A stretch of 64,000 nucleotides of DNA, from NCBI GenBank assembly GCA_904063045.1, contig CAJFCJ010000025.1, positions 62,001-126,000 of the forward strand, written 5' to 3'. Shown piece after piece: positions 1 to 12,221 of this stretch. The stretch is from Dimorphilus gyrociliatus. Taxonomy: Eukaryota > Animalia > Annelida. The notes under the pieces are model-generated. The model searched no databases and was not told the DNA's origin. It saw only the letters and a list, made by a program, of their open reading frames with translations. The position numbers were made by a program, and so were the translations under genes. Each line of letters begins with the position of its first letter. Within the stretch, counting starts at the first letter, position 1.

Positions 1-131
1 CTTTTTTCTTCTTTTTATCTTTATCCTCATTTATATATATATATATATAAATGTATATATAATTAATCGTTAATATTTCTATTGCATAACTCTTAATTAT
101 ATCATTCTTTATTTCATTTCATTTTTTAAAG

Positions 132-1462
132 AATGCCAAAGGAAAAAATTTTGGATTAAGAATAAGAGCACTATGACATTTGATTTAGGCATTTCCTCCT
201 CCAAGGAAGTTTTATTATGGGGTAAAGTTGGATCTCACCTAGGTGAATCAACCAATTCAAGTAATTACCAGAAAACAGCGAACTTTTCAGGTAAACTTTC
301 CAACTGATATATATTATATACAATGTATGTTAAACATAAAAAAGGAGCTAGAACAATTAATTACAAATACTCTGCCTCAGAAACAAAAATAGACAAACAT
401 AATGGTAGTTTTCTACAAGAATTTGCGCAATTTTTTGTAAGAAAGTAGTGCCATCTGTAAGTCGAATATATGAATTTAATGTATGATTTTCTTTGAAGGA
501 AATTGTATAGTCTAGTAGCTGCTGATAGGATACTATACAACTTACGTAAGAGAATTCTGTATTTTTTTAATACCTTATATAAATTTTAGTATGTAAAAAT
601 TATTCCCAATAGATTAACGATTCATTTGCAATAAAGAGAATATTTTATATAGTTTTCAGAATATAGCAGTTTTGTTTTGTTTCTATTCTGTTATATAGTT
701 TATTATAATGTAAAATGTTGAATGGCAATTTTTTATTACTACAACTATTATTTGTATTGTTATAATAATTATATTGTTCTTTCCTCAGCCGAAAACTCAT
801 CAAAGGCAAATCTAATTGTTCTCGGTATAGTGGGCTCATTGATACTGGTAATTATTTTCATAGTCTTAGCATGGAAGTTAAGGTAAAAGTAATTTTATTA
901 TAATAAGCAATTTATTTATTCTCCATCTTTTCATTAAAAACTAATATATAGAGCCGCCTTTTGGAAATTTGTACATTTCCCGATAGAAACGGATTTTCCA
1001 GTTATTTTGAATGAGGTATCTTCGAGCCATCCGAATGGTGATGAAGCGGCGAACGCTGAGCAACCTAACCAAGGAGCTACTCCGCTATTACGGAATGATG
1101 AATCTGTAACTGATGGAGACAAGAATTCGCAGGGTAGTGGTTCGGAGACTCCGATTTATGTTGAGATAAAACATAACAAAGGATCGAATGGTTATTTAAC
1201 AAATGAACCTGAGAAATTTGAAGATGTTAGAGAAACAGCCAACGGCTACTTGCCAAGAGACAATGTACACCTTTTAGGTCCTTGTAATCCAAATAGGACT
1301 AATGAGGTAACTTTAGTGAAAGGAGCCACTGCTTCTCCTATTTCTACTGATACAATGCAGCTCAATGTAGAGAATGGTTCTACGAACGGTCAATCTAGTC
1401 AATTGGGTGGGAGTTCGGGATCCTACGTTGACCCATCCGTGTTATTTTCAAAAGGAAAATAA
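132..1462 (+). CDS. 3' part of a single-pass type I membrane protein with a ~170 aa cytoplasmic tail, possibly a cytokine-receptor-like signalling chain (5' end outside the window)
   Basis: Hand-spliced exons ~132-290, 345-~444, ~499-545, 789-882 (TM: ANLIVLGIVGSLILVIIFIVLAWKLR) and 952-1462. The last exon is in frame with ORF 1007-1462. The tail begins AAFWKFVHFPIETDFPVIL and carries four Tyr motifs (YVEI, YLTN, YLPR, YVDP). The TM and last exon junctions are solid; upstream junctions and the family assignment are tentative. Confidence 0.6.
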
Positions 1463-4115
1463 TAAGTAATAATTTGTTTACGTTATATAGAGTATTATTT
1501 TGTTAATAACAAAAATTCGTTACTGGTATTGTTCATAGAAATCTTTGTGTTTTAACTTAAGAGAAATGTTTTCCAACTGCTAAATAAAACAGTTTTCAGT
1601 TATTACTACTTTAAGATGTCTTCTCGCTTTGTTTTCTTTCTTTGATAAATACATAAAGGAACGTTTTGGTGTTTTTATATTTGTTTTCTTAAGTATATCA
1701 TCTATATTTTCCTTTCTGTTTTCTTCACTTCGCTCTCCATTTCCCTTTCTTTAGTATTAATTGTTATGTTTATTATGCTAAATTGAAAATTGATATTATG
1801 TTCTTACTAGTCTAAAGGATTAATGAAAATTTAACTTCAATTTTTTAACCAGTTTTTAACGATATTGAATTTGTATGATACAAGTGGGGAATTGGGGAGA
1901 ATAACAGTAATAGTTTATATATATATATATATATCAATTTATATTGATAATCTTATAGCAGAACAAATTGTATAAAATGAACGTACTGTATATATGTGAA
2001 TAGTTATTTATTTGTTTATTTAATTACTTATAAGTGATGTAAAATACAAAGAATGATTTATACATATGTATATACATAATTATATACATTCATACAACAA
2101 CATATCTTTTTGTTTGTTTGTTTATTTGTTTATTTACCATATTTTAGTTACAATTGAATATTTGAACATAATTTTTAAAATATTACTTTGTGGATAGTTG
2201 AAATATATGCCCACAGTGTTTTTAGTGTCTTTTATTTTTTTATTTTGAAATCTATCGCAAGATCTTGATTTTAACCTTCAAGGTGAATTCTCTTACTTAT
2301 ATTTGACTTACTTTTAGACCTTCCGGATGTAATATATAGGCAAAATATTTCTTGTTCAGTAATATATAGGCTAGTATACTGTACGGGATTTTTGTGGTAA
2401 CGATCAATAACAGAAAGTTTACAGGCTTTCAGCAGTAAAATCGATAAATTTGTACTGAGCAGAACAGGTTAGTTGAACAGGTAAAAGTACACTACATTGA
2501 TAACAAAAGCTACGTCTGTAGAAATAAAGATATCAGGTCATTCGGTACAGTTATTGTTTACAACAGAAAATACCACGTTTTATTGTTACCTATTTATACA
2601 GGATATTGTGGAGGGACTCTACCGAAACGTAATCAACCTTCAAACGCTTTCCTATTGTTCTAAACTCTTACTTTTATTGTTCAAACATATTTTCTAATAA
2701 AAAGAGATCCTACAAAAAAATAGTAATAAGTTGATTTCAATGATACACTCAGCTTTCACTTTTTTAGTTAATTAAACAAATTGATCTACACAAATACTTA
2801 AGAACTAAAGAGAGAGAGAGAAAAAGAAAAAATAGCCATTCTTCAGCTACTACACCTTAAACACAAGTTTTTTAATATTTCTTTGCAGGCGGATACAATA
2901 TTCAAATACGTCGATTAATACCTTATAAAAATGCCTTTTTTTAAGTCTCCGATTCAATTCGGGGGAAAAATCAATGCGAAATAAAACTTAATAATCTGAG
3001 AGATATTTTTTTAATGTATAGGCTTTCATAAGTAAAAAAAAGAAGTTGGCCATATCTTAAAGATTTATTCAACTCCCTCTACCTTCCGCTAGATTTGGCC
3101 TGTACCCCCCTTCCTCTTATTTCTTTTATTCTTTTTTGTTCTCTCCCTCTCTTTTTCTCTCTTATATTACGTCTTATTTCTTACTCCCACACTCCCCCTA
3201 CCAATCCCTTTTGTGTTTCTCTATCGTTGGCCAATATAACACTTTTTCAATTTACCTGCACAATATTTCAAAAGGCCTGTAACAATCTTCTATCTAGTTC
3301 GTCTTTTAATAAAAATATTTCAATAAAGTCCTTTTAAAAGTCTATGTCAATGCTAAACGGACTAGAAAAAGAGATGAAAGTTTTATCAAATAAACAATTT
3401 GACAATTATTTACTTTTTAATACGCTTTTTCTTTTGTTCTATACCAAAATAGGCATATCTATGAGCGTCTATTGTCCACTATCTATTGAAATATTTGGGA
3501 AAAACAGAGTTTTCTATAAAGCAAGATGGAAATAGATAACCTAAACCTAATTAATCTTTTACATTAACCTAATTAAGATTATCAAGTATTTAGTTTTGTT
3601 ATAGAGTTTATCACTATCTTTAGCAGTTTCTCTTTTGTTTGTGTATGTGGTTTTTTTTTAGAAAAAACAGGAAAAGCTTTGCGAAAATGGGATAAAGTTA
3701 GAAAACGTTATTAACTATTTCCGTCTAATTTCGCGCTTTACCAACGGAAGTGATAATGAAAGATGATATCGCCCATAAGAGAAAGGGACGGTAGAAGGAG
3801 GAGCAGGAAGGAATAGAAACTTGGTTGAAAGGGGAAGAAAAAGGACTAGAAAACTTGTTGAATAAGCATACGAGAAGGAAGTTGTCGAAGAACGAATAGA
3901 AAGTTATTTTTTTTTTTGTTGGGTACCAAAGAAGAGAGGAACGATTCATATTTATTTTTAGAAATGATTCATCAGTTTTATTACTCATCTTAATTTTACG
4001 TAACATAACCACTACCTAAAATAATAAATATAATTATTATGAATTCTTTCTTTACCATAAAAAAGATTATGGCCACATTCAGCACCATCAAAAGTATCTT
4101 CATTATTTACAAATA

Positions 4116-4118
<3 letters not shown>

Positions 4119-4163
<45 letters not shown>
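4119..4163. repeat. (TA)n microsatellite
   Basis: Pure TA run, seen directly. Confidence 0.95.
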
Positions 4164-4170
<7 letters not shown>

Positions 4171-4398
4171 TATAAATACGTATACATGAAAAAGTATATA
4201 AATGTATATATATATATATAATTTTTTTGTTTCTTTTTCTATTGTAAGCAAAAACAAATTCATAAGTAAAGCATTTATAAGAAAGTAAAACGGAACTATA
4301 AAAACAAAAGATGTAGATACGTAACATACATATTTTTTAAATCAGTTCGGAAACCAAAAAGAGAGAAAACAAAAAAAAAAGAAGAGTTTTATAATTGT

Positions 4399-5091
4399 TC
4401 ATTGCAATAGCGTCGGATTTATCGTAATAGTACACCCCCGATGAATGTGTTGGGAGATTTGATGCTTCAATCTAGATACCTGTTCCTTTAGTTGATTAGA
4501 AGATTCGGACAACTTTGCATTAATGTTCTTTAATTCTTTAACTTTTCCTTCGAGATTTTCAATCCTTTCCAATTTTCTAAATCGGCACTTTCTGGCGGCG
4601 ATACGATTTCTTTCTCTTTTGTGTTCTATCTTCAATTTTTCTTGGTTGTCCATGTTAACTGGGGAAACGGGTGGGGAAGAGACGCATGTTGGAATGGGCG
4701 TAGGATTTTCCCTTTTTATTTCTGTTGGAACGGTATTAGCGACATTCTTTGCTCCAGTTGGAGTAGGCAAAAATTTCGGTTGACCTCCACGCTGGGCGTA
4801 GACACTGTTCAGGGCCTCAACGAAGCCTTTAGCGTATTCCTCTTCTTCTTCGGTGGCAGGTTTCGGAGGGAATAGTATAGATGTTGTTGGAGTTGGTGTT
4901 GTTGTTATGCCGTTCAGATTTAGGAGCTTTTCAACTTCTGGTGAGGCTAATTTCAGCATCTGAAGATCGGGCGAGTTGATGATAGGAGGCTTCATCTTTA
5001 ATCCATTCTGATTTAACTCCAGAAGCAACGTTCTAGGTTTCGTTGGTTTCTTCTGATCGTATAAACTGTGATTTTCGATGTTTTTTATCAT
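4399..5091 (-). CDS. jun: Jun (AP-1) bZIP transcription factor, intronless, 230 aa
   Basis: JNK-docking-like KPRTLLLEL; phosphosite motifs NSP, KLASP and TTTPTP; GFVEAL helix; PPVSP degron-like motif; basic region RNRIAARKCRFRKLERI; five-leucine zipper ending in HIHRGC. Confidence 0.97.
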   Translation of the reverse strand: MIKNIENHSLYDQKKPTKPRTLLLELNQNGLKMKPPIINSPDLQMLKLASPEVEKLLNLNGITTTPTPTTSILFPPKPATEEEEEYAKGFVEALNSVYAQRGGQPKFLPTPTGAKNVANTVPTEIKRENPTPIPTCVSSPPVSPVNMDNQEKLKIEHKRERNRIAARKCRFRKLERIENLEGKVKELKNINAKLSESSNQLKEQVSRLKHQISQHIHRGCTITINPTLLQ

Positions 5092-5173
5092 ATTGAAGAA
5101 TATCTATGAGTAAGTTTGTTGTGAGTAAGGTTTCAAACCGATTTCTTTCTCTCGATGACGAGCACTGTTTAAT

Positions 5174-5339
5174 GGAATTTCCCAAGCGCTGTTTATATAG
5201 GTCTGAATAACCGCTTATTTTTAGTGATGATGTCACAAACTCGGCTGCTGATTGGTAGTTATTTGGGATTTTCTATTCCGCCGACGTGACGTAAAAGGTG
5301 AGTCAGCGTTTATACAACGTGCATGGGATTCATCCGGAA
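5174..5339 (-). promoter_or_regulatory. jun proximal promoter with clustered transcription-factor motifs
   Basis: Read toward the gene: ETS-like CCGGAA 5334-5339, AP-1 TGACTCA 5299-5305, CRE-like TTACGTCA 5287-5294, CCAAT 5251-5255, TGACATCA 5228-5235, MEF2 CTAAAAATAA 5215-5224, TATATAAA 5192-5199, NF-kB-like GGGAAATTCC 5174-5183. Confidence 0.85.
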
Positions 5340-6263
5340 ATTAATAAATACATTATTTTATTAACTATTAAAAATCAAAAAATAATTATTGCATGTATTT
5401 AAAATTGAAAATTTTGATTTTATACGAAAATGCGTTGAATAACGCAATCGCTCCGAAATACGAATGTTCGAATAAAACGAGATCACATGATGTTTACGTT
5501 AGTCTAAAGTTATCTAAATACGCACATGCTTGTTCTAGGTTCCATTAAGGTTTATTTATTAATGATCAAAACGTCATTTTTCTTCATATTAAAGTAATAA
5601 AATGCAAATAATTATCAATGTTTCTCTTTATTAGTAATATCTATTTATTATATTTGAAATTAATCTTGTAGACGTAGTATTCTCAAGAGTTGTTTTAGAT
5701 CAATAAAATTCGTTTTATAATTCAATTAACATCCAAATAACTACATCTAAAAAAATAATAATAAAGATAGAAGGGAAAAAATAATTTGAAACTTGCTAAA
5801 AAAACAAAAATAACGATAAAATAAAGAGAGAATGGGTCTTAAAAACTGGTAAAACACATATATATATTATAAACTGTTAATAACTATACGTTAAGAGAGT
5901 AACAATAACAGGTTATTGACGATAAATAAGTATACATCTTTTAATCAAGCGGACATTGACCCTCTTTCTTTCTCCTTTAGGATTTTTTTTTGTTTTCTAC
6001 AAATTAATACGAAAGTAATAACTCCCATGAAGAATGTTTAAGTACTTCCCCGAAAAAAACAATTATTGATCGATAAATGCGCTTTATATAATATTACTAT
6101 TAAAGTAAAGCATTAACTGTAAATATATTTAATAATAAAGAATAAAAAAAATAGCAGATTCTCCCCATAATAAAATTTTATTGATGGATAAAATATTTTT
6201 TTAATTGTTCATAAAAAAGAGTCTCTTTTTAGAATGTTTTTTTTTTATTATATTCTATTTATT

Positions 6264-6267
6264 ATAT

Positions 6268-6307
<40 letters not shown>

Positions 6308-6311
6308 ATAT
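6264..6311. repeat. Perfect 48-bp palindrome ATATTGTC-(TA)16-GACAATAT
   Basis: The arms at 6264-6271 and 6304-6311 are exact reverse complements around a TA run. Confidence 0.9.
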
Positions 6312-8953
6312 TGTATATAGTTTAGTTACAGACTTGTCCAAGTAAAGAAAAAGGTACTATCATTATTCTATTTTATAATTAAATTATCTATTGTAGGAGA
6401 GATTACAGTAGATTGTTTCTTGTTTATAGCTCAAGTCCTTGGAATGTTTCCTTGAAAAATTTAAATTAGTGACAGCAATCGATACAAATGTACTAAAGTA
6501 CAAAAAAAAAAAACTAATAATCCCTTCTTTTCCTTTCTTTTCCCCTCTCTTCTCATTATTTTTTTATTCTTAACCCTTTCATAATTCGACCAGCTCCCCG
6601 CCCCCCCTTCTGCAATATCTTTTCTTTCGTTATTAAAGCCTTCTAACCATGGTTTTCTCTTTTTAATTCTATTTATGTACAATACGTTTAGTAAACCATT
6701 TTTTTCTAATGATATCGCAAACGACTGATTGTATCTTTATATATTAGATCAATATCAATTGCCTTTAAACAGAACGTACCAGTTTTACTAAATATTTATT
6801 ACAGAATTTACTATAAAAGAATAAAGAACAACGAGGCCAGTAATAGACAAATCAATAATATCACCAGGTAATAAGATATTTTATACGTTAGATAGAGTAG
6901 AAAAATAATTTTGAAATCCATCATCAGCATTAGTCATATTTCACCTTGTTCTTCTCCTCCTCCTCCTCCTCCTCGTCCCCTTTCCATTATTCATACAATT
7001 AATATATTTCTCAATTATTAGCTTTTAATTGATAATACAAACTATATAAATCTATATTTAGCAATATCAAGCAACCGTTACTATTTTGCCGTGTTACTTT
7101 CTTTATTAAATTAGCTATGTATTAAGCAAAAGTATCAATGTTACGAATATTCTCTTTTTTAAGCCAAATATATCAATTATTCTATAAAGTTTTAATAATT
7201 TACAAAAAATATATTGAACGTTAAAAATGTGAATCTTTTTTATCTCAGTTTTTTAATTTATGCTAATTTATGCGTGTTTTTTTTATTTAATGTAATCTGT
7301 AAAGCATTAATGCAAATATAAATACATCGATATTTGAGAGTATAGTTGATTATAGTACACGTAGATTTGTACATAAATGACTTGTATACAATACGTTAAA
7401 GCACTTATAGTGTATAATTGTAAATATATGTCTTCAATAGATATTTATCAAAATGTCGTTCTCACGATTTTTCTTTCTATCTTAATATATATATATATAT
7501 ACTGTATATTAATAACGCGATATGATTAATACATTAATATCGTGTAACAGTGTAATATAAACTTATTTTTTTGAATATATAAGATAAGAAAGAGGGAGAA
7601 AAAAACTAGATCAAAGAATTAGATTATTGATATTAGCTTATATATTTTCAATGTACAAAGAGAGAGAGAGCGAAAAAAAATCAATCTAGTTTACTATGCT
7701 ATCTCATTCTTATCATTCTCTCTGATTAACTTGGTTAGATAGTATAGAAATAAATAAGTAAAAAATATTGAACAGAGACATATAAACGATTTAAAAAATT
7801 GCACGATTATTTTGTTCAACTTTATCTTCTTCCTAAATTAAACCTAATAGAAGTACTTGCGAAAAAATAAGAAAAACAAAGGAGATAGCTTAATAACCAA
7901 TTTATTACAAGTATAGAAATGATGTATTCTAAGAAAGTAACATTAAATAACACTCTCAACTTACATTTATGTATATATGTATACACACTGTATATATTTA
8001 AGACAGGACTATTGCAGTTATCTTTTGCAGATCTTAGTTTTTCTTATTTAAGAAAACATTACTGATAAATGGCCTGTAAAAATATAAGATTTTACAATGA
8101 AATAACACAATAGCAATAACGCACGTAAGCACATATGGTCAAAAGAATAGGTGGGAAAGAGGAAAATAGTTAGGAAGACAGATGCAGAGAAAGAGAAACA
8201 GACAGAGAGAGAGAGAGCGAGAGAAAGAGAAAAAGAAAGAGTTGAGTTGGATGGGGACAGAGATTCAGCGTATGCAACACAGATAGAGAAAGAGACAAAG
8301 AAACTACGAGTTGTTCGGAAGAAGAGTAGATACATGCTCTGTTTACATTAGGGGGGAAAAAGAAAAATACTATAAGAAAACAATGAAAACAGGTGATAAC
8401 GTTTATATAAAAAAAAAATGGCAGAAAATACCTATGAGATTTATAGGCCTAGTTCAATTATTATTAATATTCATAAAACTTCACGATAAGTGTATTCTAT
8501 TTCACATTAATTTTTATCATTATAAAAGAATACTAAAGTTCGAAAGGGAAAAAGAGAGAGAGAGAGAGAGAGAGAGTAAAGTAGAATTGTATACTTGTTC
8601 GCCTATGTTAACTTTATGATTACTTTTCTCCCATGATTTTTTAAGTGATAATAATAATTGTTATACTACTCTTATCTTAAATAAAAATTCTTTATCGCCA
8701 ATTGTAATAAAAAATGGGGAAAATGTTAGTCTCTTTAGATGTAATGATACACTAAAAAGTATATTAAAAAGACTTTGTTATTAGCCAATAAAGTTGATGA
8801 TTATTTTATGTTATTTTTTTAAAAAAAAAAATAGATTATAGTAATTAAGATAAATAATTAATGAAATATTTTCCTTAATTTCAGCTCAAGATTAATTTAT
8901 CTAGACATTGTTTTTCTTTTAGATTAGCCTAACACTAGTTACATTGTATTGTG

Positions 8954-8966
8954 GCGCCATCTATTG
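8954..8966 (-). promoter_or_regulatory. CTCF-like motif (reverse complement CAATAGATGGCGC)
   Basis: AGATGGCGC core; the same 13-mer occurs in the opposite orientation at 10559-10571. Confidence 0.5.
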
Positions 8967-10558
8967 TATTTAAAAGTTAATAAGCATAAATATTAGTTCT
9001 AGTAGGAATCTTTGGCTAACGTTACGTTTCCAAGATATCGGGGTTAAGAAACCGTTTGAATTAACAGCAGTGGGGTGAAGGTTACACGCGGGAAAAGCAA
9101 TAAGCGATCTTCACCTATCTATTCGATTACTATTCACTATCTGGGTGATGATAACTAATTATCTTTCACAGGATGTTAACGACATACACGTGCCGTGTCA
9201 TTCAACGTCTTCGGCAGGCGTAAAGGCATCATCTACCAAACTATTTCGACAAACCATTTTTCCTTCTGCCGATTATATTTTTAGCCAGAAATTTCTCAAT
9301 TCCGATGTTCTTATCATACTTTCTCTCTTTCCTCCCTTCGCACCCCTACCCTCCTCCTCCTTATTCATTCACTTAATAGGGCAAGTGTTGTTGTGAAAGA
9401 CGGGGTTAAGGGGATAATTCTCTTCCGTCCTCGTCTTTCTTCCCCTTTTTGTTTCTGGCATTTTACAATCTTTTCATTTCTTGCTAATTAGTTGGTGTTT
9501 TTTCTTTTTCATAGAAGAGAATTAATCAAAATTTGAATAACACAAAGAATAATGTCTCAGTTATTAGTTTAATAATTTTCTCCAAGTTAGGCCTAGAAGA
9601 GTTTTGCAGTAGGCAAAATACCTCTCTTCTCTCTCTCTCTCCCTCTCTCTCTCTTTCTTTCTAACTCTGCAAAACTTATTTTACGGTTTTCTATTATTTA
9701 GGTAGGGGGGAATTTGCGGTACTTACGTAATAAATGAATCGAATTCAGATTCAGTAGGGGTCGAAATCCCTATGAAAGGGATTGAATAATCGATTTTTTT
9801 TAAAAAGAAGACTGCAATCATTTGTCATTGCCCCACAATGAACGCTTCAGTGGGATTAATCGGCTTTATTGCGATAATGACAACTTGTCGGAAGTATGCG
9901 GTGAATGGTGCCCCTTAATTTGTACAAGAAATCTACATTAACCTCCCACCCATTTTCAGTCTGTAAACGCTCAAGCAACTGGTCGCCCAAAGAGTAAAAT
10001 TTCAAAGCTAGTAATTTGAACGCTCTTTTCTCACATGGTTAAACATTTCTATTAAGGACTATAGAATAGACAATTTCATTCTCAAATGAGAAAATAGAGA
10101 TAGTTTGACGCGAGTGTATTCAATGATTGAATTAATTTAAACACTCTTCCCCACTATATCTATTTGTTTTAATTAACTGCTTGTACCAAAAAGATTCGTT
10201 AAAAATCCTTAATTAAACAAGATTATACTATATGTGCGAATGTATTTTAGATAAATTGTCTTTAAATAGGAGCTGGGGGCGGAGAATTCGAGAAACAAAA
10301 GTAAACAGAATAGAAAATAAAAATAGCGAAGAAGATAAATTGGGGAGGAGATCTCGGCAGTAGGAGAAGGCTGGTTGAGAGATACTTTTCTCTGATTCTT
10401 TATCTTAAATATCTTTTGAAAATTGAGATTCTCTTTGAATAGCGAACTTTCCATTTAAGTAATTAAAAGAAAAAGTAAGTTCACTGAAATAGAGAGATTG
10501 GCAAAGGGTTTCTTCAATCCTTTAACTTACGGAAAGACTACTTAGGGTGTAGTTCTCC

Positions 10559-10571
10559 CAATAGATGGCGC
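10559..10571 (+). promoter_or_regulatory. CTCF-like motif CAATAGATGGCGC
   Basis: AGATGGCGC core; inverted copy of the motif at 8954-8966. Confidence 0.5.
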
Positions 10572-11002
10572 AAATCAGTTTGTCCTTTGTATATCGGAAT
10601 ATACTATATATATATACTGTATTTATATAAATGTGTGTTTGTGTTTTTCAGAGCTCGGTAGCGTGGTGAAAAAGAGATTAAAGTGAAAATGTATAGCTTG
10701 ACCGTTCCAACAGGAAATCAAATGTAATTGAATATTTTGGTCATATCGTAAACGTCAATCGAAATACCCTGGCGAAACGAGTTTAAAAAATTAGGCGTTT
10801 GCTCTGAAAATCTGAACGGTTCATTGCTTTCGAACGAGTTTGTTAATGATTAATGTTTTGCAGATGACAGCCGCAATGTTTATTTTACATCTCACGCTCG
10901 GCGTCCTTTTTAAAACTATTACTCTAATGATGCTGTACTTATAGAAAAAAAACATTAAGCTGACGCTGATTGGTTATGGTTTGGGCCGAAAATTCGAGTG
11001 CA

Positions 11003-11016
11003 ACGCCCCCTCGTGC
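11003..11016 (-). promoter_or_regulatory. CTCF-like motif (reverse complement GCACGAGGGGGCGT) about 55 bp upstream of the protocadherin ATG
   Basis: Close match to CCACNAGRKGGCRC; a CCAAT box (ATTGG) lies nearby at ~10969. Confidence 0.45.
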
Positions 11017-11069
11017 TCAGTCGGAAATAGTCAAAGATGAACTGTGGATGAGAGAGAACGGATTGGATT

Positions 11070-12183
11070 ATGACTAGTTTTTATCTGGTGGTGCTTCTAT
11101 TCTCTCTCATTAAATCTTCTTATCAAAATACAATAGTGTTCAAAACAAAAGAAGAGGATCCAAGAAGAGAAATTGGAAATCTTCGTCACGCTTTTAAAAC
11201 TTTTCACGGTCAAGCGGTTGAATTTCAACTATTTAGACCAAAAGGTTCTGAAGAACCTCAAAATTGGTTTGACATAGATAAAGTTACTGGAATTTTAAAA
11301 AGTAGAAAAACTATCGACAGAGACTCTATCTGCTATGCCCGAGAACAATGTTTCGTTGAGTTAAATGTGGGTCTAACGGTCAATTCAAAAGTTAACATTC
11401 GTCAAGTTAAAGTTCTTATAGAGGATATCGACGACAATATACCAACATTCAATAAAGAAATTTTTAAAGTGTTCGTATCGGAGTCAACCGCCGTTGGAAC
11501 TAGGATTAATTTACCAATCGCCAGAGACGCTGACAGCCCCATATACGGCATAAAAGAATATGCCTTAACCGACGATTATGGAATTTTTAAATTGTCCGTA
11601 ACTGAAACAGATAGCGGCCCAGATCCGCATCTGATAATTCAGGGAAAATTGGATAGAGAAAAGAAGAGCAGGTAATTCATACCGTTTATCTATATTATAG
11701 TTGCTAATTGTTCAAATCCATTAATAGGAAGGGGTCAATTGTCGGATTCTTTTGTTGCTATTACGTATCAAAAATATATTATAAGCAATTATTACAAACG
11801 CATAATTATCAATGGAAAATATGTTATAATAATCTTTTATATAGTCTTTCTCCCGCTCTTTCTCTTCCCTTTTTCTATATCCATTCTATTCTCTCTCTGT
11901 TGTCTCAATTCAAAAGCAAAGATTCTCTACTTCTTTTCATTTTGTCATTGTCTCTATTTTTAAGTTACTCCTAACGCTCAAATAACAAAAGAAAAAAATT
12001 CTCTAATTTCTATTAATTAATTATTCATCTACGTAGCTATTGTTTCTATTTAAAAGTTAATAGTTTCTACCATTCTTCCTTCCATCTTCTTTTACTTTAT
12101 AATGTTAGGCCCAGAAAATTAGATTTAAATTTTATATTTATATAATGAAGATAGAGATGGTGGGAAAGAGTGAGAGTGAGAGT

Positions 12184-12221
<38 letters not shown>

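Noticed and set aside
4012-4327. ORFs with YIYIYI or ERERER runs (also 8048-8619 and 13262-13465)
   Set aside because: Products of TA and GA microsatellites.
4523-4875. Plus-strand ORFs 4523-4783 and 4621-4875
   Set aside because: Antisense shadows of the jun CDS with no domain features.
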